A DNA stretch of 64,000 bases from Anaeromyxobacter sp. GTDB lineage: Bacteria; Myxococcota; Myxococcia; Myxococcales; Anaeromyxobacteraceae. The notes below the pieces were generated by a model, which ran no database searches, was not told the origin of the DNA, and saw nothing but the letters and a program-made list of their open reading frames with translations. Both the position numbers and the translations under genes were made by a program. Location of the stretch: positions 480,001 through 544,000 of the forward strand of contig JASGJN010000017.1 of NCBI GenBank assembly GCA_049840735.1, given 5' to 3'. This document shows, piece by piece, positions 20,668 to 31,292 of the stretch. Within the stretch, counting starts at the first letter, position 1, and each line of letters opens with the position of its first letter.

Positions 20668-21213
20668 GTGGAAGCTGACACCACCCAGGGCAGCGCGCGC
20701 GGCAGCCAGAGCGCCGAGCTCGGCAAGCGGCTCGCAGGCAAGTACATGACCTTCCAGCTGGCCCGCGAGGAGTACGGGCTGGAGATCCTGAAGGTCCGCG
20801 AGATCATCGGCCTGCTCGAGATCACGCGCGTGCCACGCACCCGCGACTTCATCCGCGGCGTCATCAACCTGCGCGGCAAGGTCATCCCGGTCATCGACCT
20901 CCGGCTGAAGTTCGGCATGGAGCGGAGCGAGCCCACCGACCAGACCGTCATCATCGTGGTCCAGTGCCAGGTGGACGGCCGCGCGCTGACCATGGGGCTG
21001 CTGGTGGACCAGGTGCTCGAGGTGCTGCCCTTCGACGCCGACCACATCGAGCCGACCCCCTCGCTCGGCCACGCGGCCCTCGACGACGGCTTCATCCTTG
21101 GCGTGGGCAAGCACGACAAGCGGATCGTCTTCCTGCTCGACATCGCCCGCATCCTCTCCACCGACGAGATGCGGGAGCTGACCCGCACCGCCGGCGAGCC
21201 CCGCGCGGAGTGA
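20668..21213 (+). CDS. cheW: chemotaxis coupling protein CheW (start may be 20638)
   Basis: KYMTFQLAREEYGLEILKVREII..ITRVP..IRGVINLRGKVIPVIDLR..GLLVDQV. Confidence 0.95.
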   Translation: MEADTTQGSARGSQSAELGKRLAGKYMTFQLAREEYGLEILKVREIIGLLEITRVPRTRDFIRGVINLRGKVIPVIDLRLKFGMERSEPTDQTVIIVVQCQVDGRALTMGLLVDQVLEVLPFDADHIEPTPSLGHAALDDGFILGVGKHDKRIVFLLDIARILSTDEMRELTRTAGEPRAE

Positions 21214-22398
<1,185 letters not shown>

Positions 22399-22465
22399 GG
22401 ACGGCGCCGGATCAGCAGGGTCGGCGCCGGTGGCGGTCCGGGCCGGCTTCGCCGGCCCCAACGGT

Positions 22466-22921
22466 CTACTCCCGCGCCTCCAGGTCCAGCACCAGGTGCA
22501 GCGGCTCACCGCTCTCCAGCCGGACGGTGGCGGCGCAGGTGCGCGGCCCCGGCAGCGGCTCGTCGGTCAGATCGGTGCTGGGCAGGCCCAGCTGGCTGGG
22601 CACCTCGGTGCCGAAGTAGCGGGTCAGGAAGGAGCCGCCGATCACGTTGAGCAGCTCGGAGACGGCGGCCCGGCCGTACTCCTCGGCCTCGGCGTCGGCC
22701 ATGTCCAGCCCCAGCATGTTGGCGGCGATCTCCACCGCCGCCGGCATGGAGGTCGCGAGCCGCAGGGTGCCGCCGCGGGTGGACTCGAAGGCGATCCGGG
22801 CCACCAGCACCGGCGGGGTCCAGCCCTCCGGCTCGTCGCTGGGCTCGGCGAAGATGAAGGCAGTGTCCTGGAGGATGCTCCCCAGGATGTCGGTCAGCAG
22901 GTCGGGGGTCGGCTCGAGCAT
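22466..22921 (-). CDS. cheX: CheX-like phosphatase
   Basis: EIAANMLG..AVSELLNVIGG (ExxN)..LGLPS; in the che operon. Confidence 0.8.
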   Translation of the reverse strand: MLEPTPDLLTDILGSILQDTAFIFAEPSDEPEGWTPPVLVARIAFESTRGGTLRLATSMPAAVEIAANMLGLDMADAEAEEYGRAAVSELLNVIGGSFLTRYFGTEVPSQLGLPSTDLTDEPLPGPRTCAATVRLESGEPLHLVLDLEARE

Positions 22922-22922
22922 G

Positions 22923-23348
22923 CTAGGCTCCCGTCGTTCCCAGGATCTGGACCACCACGTCCCGCAGCGCCTCCGGGCGGAATGGCTTGGCCAGGTAGGC
23001 CCGGGCGCCCTTGTCGAGCAGGTGCTCGATCTTCTCCTGGCTCATGGGGGTGGCCACGATCACCACCGGCACCCCGGCCAGGTCGGGGTCGGCCGACATC
23101 CGCTCCACCAGCTCCACCCCGTTCATGACCGGCATGTTGATGTCGGCCAGCACCAGGTCGACCCGGTGCGCCTGGAGCTTCTCCAGCGCCTCGGCGCCGT
23201 CGGCGGCCTCGTGCACCTCCGTGACCTGTATCCCGCACAGACCCAGGGCGCGGCGCACCATCTTGCGCGTCACCGGCGAGTCGTCCACCACCAGCATCTC
23301 GAGTCCCACGACGCAAACCTCCCGGGCGCTCCAGCGCCCGCTCGTCAC
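22923..23348 (-). CDS. cheY: CheY-like response regulator
   Basis: LVVDDS, DINMPVMNG, AKPF; single REC domain. Confidence 0.85.
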   Translation of the reverse strand: MTSGRWSAREVCVVGLEMLVVDDSPVTRKMVRRALGLCGIQVTEVHEAADGAEALEKLQAHRVDLVLADINMPVMNGVELVERMSADPDLAGVPVVIVATPMSQEKIEHLLDKGARAYLAKPFRPEALRDVVVQILGTTGA

Positions 23349-23824
23349 AGCGGCGCGACCTCTGCCCCCGACTGGATCGTCACCTGACCCGTGTCCACGA
23401 ACAGCCGGGCGGTGCGGGAGCGACTTCCCCCCACGTCCTCCGCCGCGACGAGCACCTGCGCCTTCCAGAAGATCTTCCGCATCATGGTGTGGTTGCGTTT
23501 CCCGATGTCGAAGGTTCCACCGTCATTGTGGAAGTTTCCGCCACCAGCCGCCTTGACCACGATGTCGCCTTTCTTGCTTCCGAGCGCGTACATCTTCTCG
23601 AACAGCAAGGGTATGCCGGTGTCGGCAAAGGTACCCGGGGACTGCAGGGCCCGCTCCGGCGACAGCGTGGAGGTGGGGAGCTGGAAGTGGAGCATGCCAC
23701 CGATCTTGCGCCGGGGGTCGTACACGATGACGGCGATGCACGACCCCAGCCCGTGCGTGATTAGCACGGAGCCGGCGTCCGCCGTCACCTCGAGACCACC
23801 GATCCCGACCGTGACCAGGTTCAC
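23345..23824 (-). CDS. cheD: chemoreceptor glutamine deamidase CheD
   Basis: VGIGG..THGLGSCIAV..GGMLHFQLP..FADTGIP..KAAGG..IGKRN..EDVGG..RT; GTG start at 23824. Confidence 0.95.
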   Translation of the reverse strand: MNLVTVGIGGLEVTADAGSVLITHGLGSCIAVIVYDPRRKIGGMLHFQLPTSTLSPERALQSPGTFADTGIPLLFEKMYALGSKKGDIVVKAAGGGNFHNDGGTFDIGKRNHTMMRKIFWKAQVLVAAEDVGGSRSRTARLFVDTGQVTIQSGAEVAPL

Positions 23825-24630
23825 CGGACCTCCGCGGGCAGGCGGTACACCGAGGGGCGCTCGCTGCGCAGCCGCGTCTCGATGCCGTTGAGGGTCTCCG
23901 AGTGGCCGATGAAGAGGTGGCACCCGGGGCGAAGCAGGCGGGCGATCTCGCCGACCAGCCCGGCGCGCATGGGGCGGTCGAAGTAGATCATCACGTTCCG
24001 GCAGAAGACCGCGTCGAGCGGGCCTGACATGGGGTACGGCCGGGCGGCCAGGTTGAGCCGGTGGTAGACGATGCGCTCGCGCAGCTTGCGCGAGATGGTC
24101 CAGCGGGCCCCGCCCTCGTCTGACGGCGCCGCCTCCAGGTACCTGGAGCGCAGCGCCGCCGGGATGGGCTCGACCTCCTCGTCGGCGTAGACCCCCTCGG
24201 CCGCGCGGGCCAGCACCCGCGTCGAGATGTCGGTGGCCAGGATGCGCCAGTCCCGGTTGCGCAGCAGCGGCTCCAGGACCATCGCGGCGGTGTACGGCTC
24301 CTCGCCGGACGAGCAGCCCGCGCACCAGAACCGGAACCGCTCCTGGCCGGCGGCCAGCGCCGCCTGCACCGACTGCGCGAGCGTGTCGAAGTGATCCGGC
24401 TCGCGGAAGAACTTGGTGAAGTTGGTGGAGATGGCGTCCAGGAAGAGGACCAGCTCGTCCTCGCCCTCGGTGCGGAGCTTGTCCAGGTACTCGCGCTCGG
24501 ACGAGAGCCCCAGCTCGCGCAGCCGGCGCGCCAGGCGCGCCTGCACCAGCGCCGCCTTGCCCGGGCGCAGGAAGATGCCCGCCTTGGTGTGGGCAATCTC
24601 CTGGAAGGCCTGGAACGTCTCCTTCTCCAT
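23821..24630 (-). CDS. cheR: chemotaxis methyltransferase CheR
   Basis: TNFTKFFRE, WCAGCSSGEEPYT, ILATDIS, VFCRNVMIYFD, LFIGHSETL. Confidence 0.97.
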   Translation of the reverse strand: MEKETFQAFQEIAHTKAGIFLRPGKAALVQARLARRLRELGLSSEREYLDKLRTEGEDELVLFLDAISTNFTKFFREPDHFDTLAQSVQAALAAGQERFRFWCAGCSSGEEPYTAAMVLEPLLRNRDWRILATDISTRVLARAAEGVYADEEVEPIPAALRSRYLEAAPSDEGGARWTISRKLRERIVYHRLNLAARPYPMSGPLDAVFCRNVMIYFDRPMRAGLVGEIARLLRPGCHLFIGHSETLNGIETRLRSERPSVYRLPAEVR

Positions 24631-26769
24631 CTAGGGCGCCCCCGCCACCTTGTGGGCGCGGCTGCCCCCGGTGGCCAGGCTGGCGAGCTTGTCCACGTTG
24701 AGGATCAGCCCCACCCGCCCGTCGGAGAGGATGGCGGCGCCGGAGAGGAAGTCGGTGTCGCCGATGCCGCTGCCGAGCGGCTTGATGACCACCTGCTGCT
24801 GGGTGAGCACGTCGTCCACCACCAGGCCGACCTTGCGCCCCATCCCCTCCACCACCACCACGTGCCCCTCGGTGACGATCCGCTCCTCGCCCTGCATCTC
24901 CAGCAGGCGGTGGAGGCGGAGCAGCGGGAGGATCTCGCCGCGCACGTTGATGACCTCGCCGCGCCCGGCGGCGCGCGAGATCATGTCCTCGGTGGGGCGC
25001 AGCGACTCGACGATGGAGAGGCTGGGGACGATGTACTTCTCCGGGCCGCAGCTGATCAGCATGCCGTCGATGATGGCCAGCGTGAGCGGCAGCACCATCC
25101 GGAAGGTGGTCCCCTCGCCGTACCTGGAGTGGACCGAGACGCGCCCGCGCATGCCCTCGATGTTCCGCTTCACCACGTCCATGCCCACGCCGCGGCCGGA
25201 GATCTCGGTCACCTTGGCGGCCGTGGAGAAGCCGGGCAGGAAGATGATGGCGTGGACCTCCTGGTCGTTCAGCTCCTGCCCGTCGCCGACGAGCCGCTTC
25301 TCGCGGGCCTTGGCCAGGATCCTCTCGCGGTTGAGGCCGCGCCCGTCGTCGGCCAGCTCCACCACGATGGAGCCGCCCTCGTGGTAGGCGCTGAGCCGCA
25401 TCACCGCGCGCCCGGGCTTGCCCTGCTTGATGCGCTCGGCGGCCGGCTCGACGCCGTGGTCCACCGCGTTGCGCACCAGGTGGACCAGCGGGTCCTCGAT
25501 CCGCTCCACCATGGAGCGGTCGATCTCGGTGTCCTCGCCGGCGACCTCCAGGATCACGTCCTTGCCGGTCTTGCGCGACAGGTCGCGGACCAGGCGGGCC
25601 ATCTTCTGGAAGACGCCGCGCACCGGCACCATGCGCATGCGCATGGCCACGTTCTGCAGGTCGCGGCTGATCTTGGTGAGCTGGTTGAGGTAGTTGCGCA
25701 GCTTGAGGGAGCTGACGCGCTGCAGCTCCGGAGCGTGGACCACCATGGCCTCGACGATGATCAGCTCGCCGATCATCTCGACCATCGAGTCCACGCGCTC
25801 CAGGTCCACCTTGACGGTCTCGCGCAGCTGCGAGCCGGCGCGGGCCGCCTCGCCGGCGCCCTCCGCCTGCGGAGGCGGCGGGGAGGCGGGCGGGCCGCGC
25901 ACCACGTACTCGGGCGCCGTGGAGGGCTCGGCCGCTGCCGCCGGCGCCGGAGGCGCAGCGGGCGCGGCCGCCTCGGGGGCCGGGGCCGCGGGCGCGGCGG
26001 GGGCCGCCACCGGCGTGAGCGTCAGGGCCGGCGCAGGGGCGGGAGGGGCCGGCGCAGGGGCGGCCTCCTCCTCGGCGGCGCGGGAGGCCACGGCGGCGAT
26101 GCGGGCCACCAGGGCCGGCACGCCCGGGTCGGAGGCCAGCTCGATGCCGGCGTCCACCGCCGCGCGCAGCCGCTCCAGCAGCCGGCGCAGCACCGCGGTG
26201 GCCTCGAAGGTCACGTCGAAGGCGTCGCCGCGCAGCTCCAGGCGGCCGTCGCGGATGTGGTTGAGCAGGTTCTCGGTGGTGTGGGCCAGCGAGACGATCT
26301 CGGCCAGCTCCAGGAAGCCGGCCACGCCCTTGATGGTGTGGAAGACGCGGAAGAGCGCGTGGACCTTGTCCGGCTCGGGCCCGTTCTTCTCCACCGCCAG
26401 CAGCATCTCGTCGGCGCGGTTGAGCCCCTCCCCGCTCTCCTCCAGGAAGTCGCCGATCAGCTCGATGGTCTCGGCGTCGCGCCTGGCGCTGGCCGCCGTG
26501 GAGACCACCGTCTCCGGCTCGGCGCGGGGCGCCGCGCCGTCGTCGGCCAGCAGCGCCGCGATCCGGCGCAGCGGCTCGGCGGCGTCGACGCCCAGCTCGC
26601 CCCGCAGCCGCTCCGCCTCGGCCGCCAGCGGCGCCGGGAGCGCCCCGGCCGCCGCCGCGTCCGCCAGCGCACGCGCCACCTCGCCCACCGCCACCGGGTC
26701 GGAGGGGTCAGCCTCGACCACCGCCGCCCCCAGCGCGGCCAGCAGGTCCGCCGTCGTCCGTGCCGACAT
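24631..26769 (-). CDS. cheA: chemotaxis histidine kinase CheA
   Basis: Hpt LFRVFHTIKG, VKVDLERVD, DPLVHLVRNAVDHG, DDGRGL, PGFSTA..SGRGVGMDVV, CheW domain. Confidence 0.97.
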   Translation of the reverse strand: MSARTTADLLAALGAAVVEADPSDPVAVGEVARALADAAAAGALPAPLAAEAERLRGELGVDAAEPLRRIAALLADDGAAPRAEPETVVSTAASARRDAETIELIGDFLEESGEGLNRADEMLLAVEKNGPEPDKVHALFRVFHTIKGVAGFLELAEIVSLAHTTENLLNHIRDGRLELRGDAFDVTFEATAVLRRLLERLRAAVDAGIELASDPGVPALVARIAAVASRAAEEEAAPAPAPPAPAPALTLTPVAAPAAPAAPAPEAAAPAAPPAPAAAAEPSTAPEYVVRGPPASPPPPQAEGAGEAARAGSQLRETVKVDLERVDSMVEMIGELIIVEAMVVHAPELQRVSSLKLRNYLNQLTKISRDLQNVAMRMRMVPVRGVFQKMARLVRDLSRKTGKDVILEVAGEDTEIDRSMVERIEDPLVHLVRNAVDHGVEPAAERIKQGKPGRAVMRLSAYHEGGSIVVELADDGRGLNRERILAKAREKRLVGDGQELNDQEVHAIIFLPGFSTAAKVTEISGRGVGMDVVKRNIEGMRGRVSVHSRYGEGTTFRMVLPLTLAIIDGMLISCGPEKYIVPSLSIVESLRPTEDMISRAAGRGEVINVRGEILPLLRLHRLLEMQGEERIVTEGHVVVVEGMGRKVGLVVDDVLTQQQVVIKPLGSGIGDTDFLSGAAILSDGRVGLILNVDKLASLATGGSRAHKVAGAP

Positions 26770-26780
26770 TCCCCGTCCTC

Positions 26781-27251
26781 CTAGAGCGTGTTGAACGCGA
26801 GGCGCCCGGGCATGTAGCCGGGGACCTCGACCGCGACCACGCGCGTCTCGTCCGACTCCCGCGCGGCGGCGAGCACCTTGGGATCCAGCTCGCCCGGCGG
26901 GAACCACGTGGCCGCCAGGCCGAAGCGCCGCCCGCTCATCGAGACGAAGCGGGCCAGCACGTTCATGACCTCGGCCAGGTTCTGCTGCAGCGAGGGCTCC
27001 AGCCCCTGGGCGGCCACCGCGTCCTTGACCGCGCCGGGCGGCACCACCGACAGCGCCGCGGCCAGCGAGGCGGCCAGGGGCAGCTCCACCAGCAGCGCCA
27101 CCTCCTGCACCGGCTCCTCGGTCCGGTAGAGGCCGATGGCCACCGGATCCGGCGGCAGCCCCTCGGCCGGCTTCACCTTCAGCTCGCGCATCACGAGCCC
27201 GCTCAGCATCTTCTCGAGATCCGGGTTGGGTGGGAGCGGGACGACGCGCAT
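26781..27251 (-). CDS. chemotaxis-associated protein, probable CheC/CheX fold
   Basis: LAASLAAALS..NLAEVMNVL (ExxN); in the che operon upstream of cheA. Confidence 0.6.
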   Translation of the reverse strand: MRVVPLPPNPDLEKMLSGLVMRELKVKPAEGLPPDPVAIGLYRTEEPVQEVALLVELPLAASLAAALSVVPPGAVKDAVAAQGLEPSLQQNLAEVMNVLARFVSMSGRRFGLAATWFPPGELDPKVLAAARESDETRVVAVEVPGYMPGRLAFNTL

Positions 27252-27261
27252 GGCTCGACCT

Positions 27262-27730
27262 CTAGCGTCCGCGTGGGAACACCAGCATGAGCGAGAGCTC
27301 CACGTCGCCCATCTTCACGTCGCTCACCACCACGGCGGTGTGCTCGGTGGGCTGCGCGGGGCCGCGGAAGTAGACCGGCAACCCCATCTGCAGCGGGTTG
27401 AGCCGGTCCAGCAGCCGGCCCTTGACGCCGCCGGCCACGATGTTGACGATCTCGTTGACGGCGTCGGCCATCTCGGCGGGATCCAGGTCCGGTTCGGACG
27501 GAATCCATCATCATCAGCGCCTTGGCCAGGCGCTGCGCGCCGGGCTCCTCGGCGGCGACGCCGATCTGGACGGCGCCGGCCGGCGACACCAGCGCCAGGT
27601 AGGCGCCCTGGTAGGTGGGCCTGGGCTCGACGTGCCGGGCGCCCACCTTCACGTCGGCCTGGCCCAGCGCGTTGCGGGCCACCTCTTCGAAGGCCGCCTC
27701 GAGCTCGGGCTGCAGGTCGGCGAAGTTCAC
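27262..27730 (-). CDS. CheX-like protein; frameshift near 27480-27500
   Basis: N-half in ORF 27203..27730 (AFEEVARNALG..AQRLAKALM); C-half in ORF 27262..27471 (ADAVNEIVNIVAGGVK..MGLP). Confidence 0.75.
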
Positions 27731-28086
27731 GAGAGCACCGGGGCGAGCGCCGCCTTGATGGCCTCGGGGGTGAACGGCTTGGTGAGCATGAACAGGGCGC
27801 CGGACTGGAAGGCCAGGTCGCGCATGGAGGGGTCGCTCTCCGAGGTGACGAACCCCATCTTCACCTGGTTGCCCTCGGCCCGGAGCGCCTGGAGGAGCTC
27901 GATGCCGCTCATCTCCGGCATGTTCCAGTCCGCCATCACCAGCGTGGGCGGGGTGGCCCGGATGGCCTTCAAGGCCTCGGCGCCGTTGGACGCCTCGACG
28001 AAGGTCACCTCGTACCCGGCCTGGCGTACGGCCCGCATCACGATGCTGCGCATGGCCTTCGAGTCGTCGACCACCAAGATTTGCAT
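27727..28086 (-). CDS. cheY: CheY-like response regulator
   Basis: MQILVVDDS..DWNMPEMSG..FVTSE..TKPF; ATG at 28086. Confidence 0.9.
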   Translation of the reverse strand: MQILVVDDSKAMRSIVMRAVRQAGYEVTFVEASNGAEALKAIRATPPTLVMADWNMPEMSGIELLQALRAEGNQVKMGFVTSESDPSMRDLAFQSGALFMLTKPFTPEAIKAALAPVLS

Positions 28087-28122
28087 GTGTCCCTCGCGCT
28101 GAGCGTCCGGCCCAGGGTCTCC

Positions 28123-28138
28123 TGCGAGCGGCGTGCCC
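28123..28138 (-). promoter_or_regulatory. sigma54 promoter for the cheY-cheA operon
   Basis: Minus strand GGGCACGCCGCTCGCA (GG-N10-GC). Confidence 0.65.
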
Positions 28139-28380
28139 AGCGGCCCATCCGGCCGCAGGGCGGGTTTCCCCCGTCGGTCAGCCCATCGGCGCGTGCACCC
28201 ACCCCTCCGGACGCCCCCGGGGCACCGGGGCCCCCGGCAACCTGGGTCACGGGCGACACCCGGGCCGCACCCGCCGTCCCACCGTCCGCCCCCCGTGACC
28301 CGGGGACGGAAGGGCCGATAAACAGGGGCCTCCCGGCCGCGGGCTGGCCCTGCGGGTGCGGCCGACCCGGTCCTGGGCGG

Positions 28381-28396
28381 AGGCAAGCCGCTTGCA
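28381..28396 (+). promoter_or_regulatory. sigma54 promoter for the cheX-RR-HDOD operon
   Basis: AGGCAAGCCGCTTGCA (GG-N10-GC). Confidence 0.65.
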
Positions 28397-28451
28397 CCAG
28401 CCCGCGTCCGAGTTCGCGCACGCCGCGCGAAGAGAGGCACAAGTCACCTCA

Positions 28452-28904
28452 ATGCCGACCCTCCCGCCCCCCGAGACCATGGCTGCCGTCGTGTCCGGCG
28501 TGACCCAGACCATGCTCGGCCTCACGTTCGTCCCGGACAAGGAAGGCAAGCCCTGGAACGACTACGTGTGGCGCGCTGCGGTGCTCCCCATCCCCGGGGC
28601 CCGTCCGCTCACGGTGGGCCTCTCCTCGGACCGGCCTGGCTGCCACGCGCTCGGCGCGGCGATGTTCCAGGTCCCGGTGGACGAGGTGTCGGACGAGATG
28701 CTCTCCGACTCCCTCTGCGAGCTCGTCAACATGACCGCCGGGATGCTCAAGACCCAGCTCAAGCTCGAGCAGGCGCTGGGCCTCCCCAAGGTCGTCCCCG
28801 AGGGCCAGCCGCCCGTGCCCGGCCCTCCCCCCGACACCAACAGCGTGGTGCTGCGGGCCGAACACCTCGGCCTGGTGCTGTGGGTCTTCGAAGGTCTCGT
28901 CTGA
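28452..28904 (+). CDS. CheX-like phosphatase
   Basis: ALGAAMF..MLSDSLCELVNMTAGMLK..LGLPKVV. Confidence 0.8.
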   Translation: MPTLPPPETMAAVVSGVTQTMLGLTFVPDKEGKPWNDYVWRAAVLPIPGARPLTVGLSSDRPGCHALGAAMFQVPVDEVSDEMLSDSLCELVNMTAGMLKTQLKLEQALGLPKVVPEGQPPVPGPPPDTNSVVLRAEHLGLVLWVFEGLV

Positions 28905-28917
28905 ACCGGAGTCTGCA

Positions 28918-30107
28918 ATGCCCGCCATCCTGACCGTGGACGACAGCCGCGCCGTCCGCACCATCGTCGGCAAGCAGGTGAAGGAGCTCGGCTTCGAGGT
29001 GCTGGAGGCCGAGGACGGCATCCAGGGGCTCGAGCAGCTGGCCAACGCCCAGGTCGACCTGGTCCTGCTCGACGTCACCATGCCGAACATGGACGGTCCC
29101 ACCATGCTCCAGAAGATGCGGGAGGGTGGGAACCAGACGCCGGTGATCATGCTGACCTCCGAGTCCAAGCGCTCCATCGTGGCCGGAGCCATGAAGGTCG
29201 GCATCTCGGACTACATCCTCAAGCCCTTCAAGCCGGAGGAGCTGCGCTCCAAGGTGCTGGCGGTGCTGCAGGGCGAGAGCGGCGCCGACGCGGTGGCCGA
29301 CGCCGCCCCGCCGCCCGCCGCCGTCGCGGCGCCCGCCGGCGGCGGCATGACCGCCGTCCCCGACGGCCCGGGCCCCACCGCCGGCGGCGCCGGCGGCCGG
29401 TTCGTGGACATCATCGTGGTGGACGACATGGAGAACGTGCACAAGAAGCTGCGCTCCATGCTCCCCGGCCACGTCAGCCTCAACGCCTACACCAGCGCGC
29501 AGCAGGCGCTCACCGCCTGCCGCGAGCGCGTCTACCGCGTGGTGCTGGTGGACACCGAGATCCCCGACGTCAACAGCGCCGTGCTGGCCCAGCAGCTGCG
29601 GGTGCTGCAGCCGCACGCGGCGGTCGTGGCGCTGGCCCTCCGCACCTCCAACGACGTCACCAAGGAGGTCAAGGAGCAGGGGTTCGACGACGTGCTCTTC
29701 AAGCCGTTCCGGCCGGAGGTGATCGACGACTTCCTCCTCCGCTACTTCGACAACCAGGACTTCCTGCAGGTCGAGGACAACGTCCTCAAGGTGGCCCCCT
29801 TCACCGGCCGCGCCGACCGGGTCGAGCGGTTCTACGGGCGCCTGCACGGCGTCTTCCCGGACGCGCTGGAGAAGGTGGCGGCGGCCTGCTACGACGAGGT
29901 GGTGCTGGATTGGGCAGCCCGCCGGTGGAGGGCGACCGCCTGCCCAAGCTGGTGCTGGCGGTGGTGGCCAAGTCGCAGGAGTTCGGCATGTCGCTCTCGC
30001 TGGTGGGGCCGCCGGAGGTCCACAAGATCCTGGCCGGCTACACCGAGACCAAGGACATCCGGTTCTTCGGCACCATCCAGGAGGCCCGCTCCGGAGCGGC
30101 TGCGTAG
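28918..30107 (+). CDS. response regulator with two REC domains and a C-terminal STAS-like domain; frameshift near 29910
   Basis: REC1 ILTVDDS/DVTMP/KPF; REC2 IIVVDD/LVDTEIP/KPF; tail VVLD..LSLVGPPEVHKIL..FFGTIQEA. Confidence 0.8.
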
Positions 30108-30113
30108 GACCCC

Positions 30114-30980
30114 ATGAGCGTAGACAAGCTGTCCAGCGAGCTCGAGGCCATCCTCGTCAAGCGGATCCAGTCGGATCAGCTCGTGCTCCCGACCATGCCC
30201 GCGGTGGCCACCCGCGTCCTCGAGGTGCTGCGCGACCCCGACGCAGGCATGAAGGAGGTCTCGCAGGTGCTGGAGAAGGACCCGGTGATCGCGGCCCGGG
30301 CCCTCCGCATGGCCACCAGCGCGGCCTTCGCCGCGGGCGGCAAGAAGGTCACGCTGCAGGAGGCGCTGGCGCGCATCGGCACCAAGGCGCTCAAGACGCT
30401 GCTGGTGGAGGCCTCCGCCCAGAAGCTCTTCGTCTCGCGCAACCCGCAGATCAACGAGCAGCTCCGCGGGCTGTGGGAGCACTCGGTGGCGGTGGGCATC
30501 CTGGCCCGCGACGTCCTGGCGCTCACCGGCGCGCCGGAGTCCGAGCCCGCCTACCTGGCGGGCCTGCTCCACGACGTGGGCAAGCCCATCGTGGCCACGG
30601 TCCTGCTGGAGCTGGAGCGGCAGGTGAGCGAGGTCTACCAGAAGGGCTGGATCGACTCCGGCGAGTGGATGACCGTGGTCGGCCGCGTGCACCGCAAGGT
30701 GGGCGTGGCGCTGGTGGAGAAGTGGCAGCTGCCCGGCACCATCGTGGCCTGCGTGCGCGACGCGGCGGAGTACGAGAAGGCCGAGCGCCACTCGCTCGCC
30801 AACGCGGTCTGCTTCGGCAACGCGCTGGCCAAGAAGTCCGGCATCTACAACGGCGCCATCGACGCCGAGGACAACGACGCGATCATCATGATCGGCCGCT
30901 CGGTCATCGGCATCTCCGACGACATCCTGCGGACCCTGACCAAGGGGCTCCGCGAGCGGGTGTCGGGCCTGTACGATTAG
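30114..30980 (+). CDS. HDOD domain protein
   Basis: LPTMPAVA..DPVIAARALRMATSA..EALARIG..LWEHS..AYLAGLLHDVGK..WQLP. Confidence 0.92.
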   Translation: MSVDKLSSELEAILVKRIQSDQLVLPTMPAVATRVLEVLRDPDAGMKEVSQVLEKDPVIAARALRMATSAAFAAGGKKVTLQEALARIGTKALKTLLVEASAQKLFVSRNPQINEQLRGLWEHSVAVGILARDVLALTGAPESEPAYLAGLLHDVGKPIVATVLLELERQVSEVYQKGWIDSGEWMTVVGRVHRKVGVALVEKWQLPGTIVACVRDAAEYEKAERHSLANAVCFGNALAKKSGIYNGAIDAEDNDAIIMIGRSVIGISDDILRTLTKGLRERVSGLYD

Positions 30981-31023
30981 GCGGGGGCTGCGCCCTGGCG
31001 CTGCGGCGCCCGGGCCGAACCCG

Positions 31024-31106
31024 GCCGTTCGCCCTGAGCGTAGCGGCGCTCAGCGCCGCGGAGTCGAAGGGCGCCCCTCCCCCAGCTTCGCTGGGGCCCC
31101 CACCCT
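31024..31106. repeat. REP-like palindromic element (composite)
   Basis: CCGTTCGCCCTGAGC..GTCGAAGGGC REP-type motif. The minus strand reads GGGTGGGGGCCCCAGCGAAGCTGGGGGAGGGGCGCCCTTCGAC, homologous to 8639-8687. Confidence 0.7.
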
Positions 31107-31253
31107 GCCCACCTCGTCCTCGCCGCCCCCGCCGGCCTGGCCTCCCACCTGCACCTCCTCCGCGCCGTCACGCCCCTGACACGGCCCCCGCCGCCGTCGG
31201 CGTGACGTCCCCCTGACGCCGCCCAAGCTGCCGAAATTGCCGGGCTTCGCGAG

Positions 31254-31269
31254 AGGCACAGGCCTTGCT
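31254..31269 (+). promoter_or_regulatory. sigma54 promoter for the fliL operon
   Basis: AGGCACAGGCCTTGCT; GTCACGCCCCTGAC palindrome upstream at 31167-31180. Confidence 0.75.
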
Positions 31270-31292
31270 CTTCCGCCGGTCCGGGAGACGAC

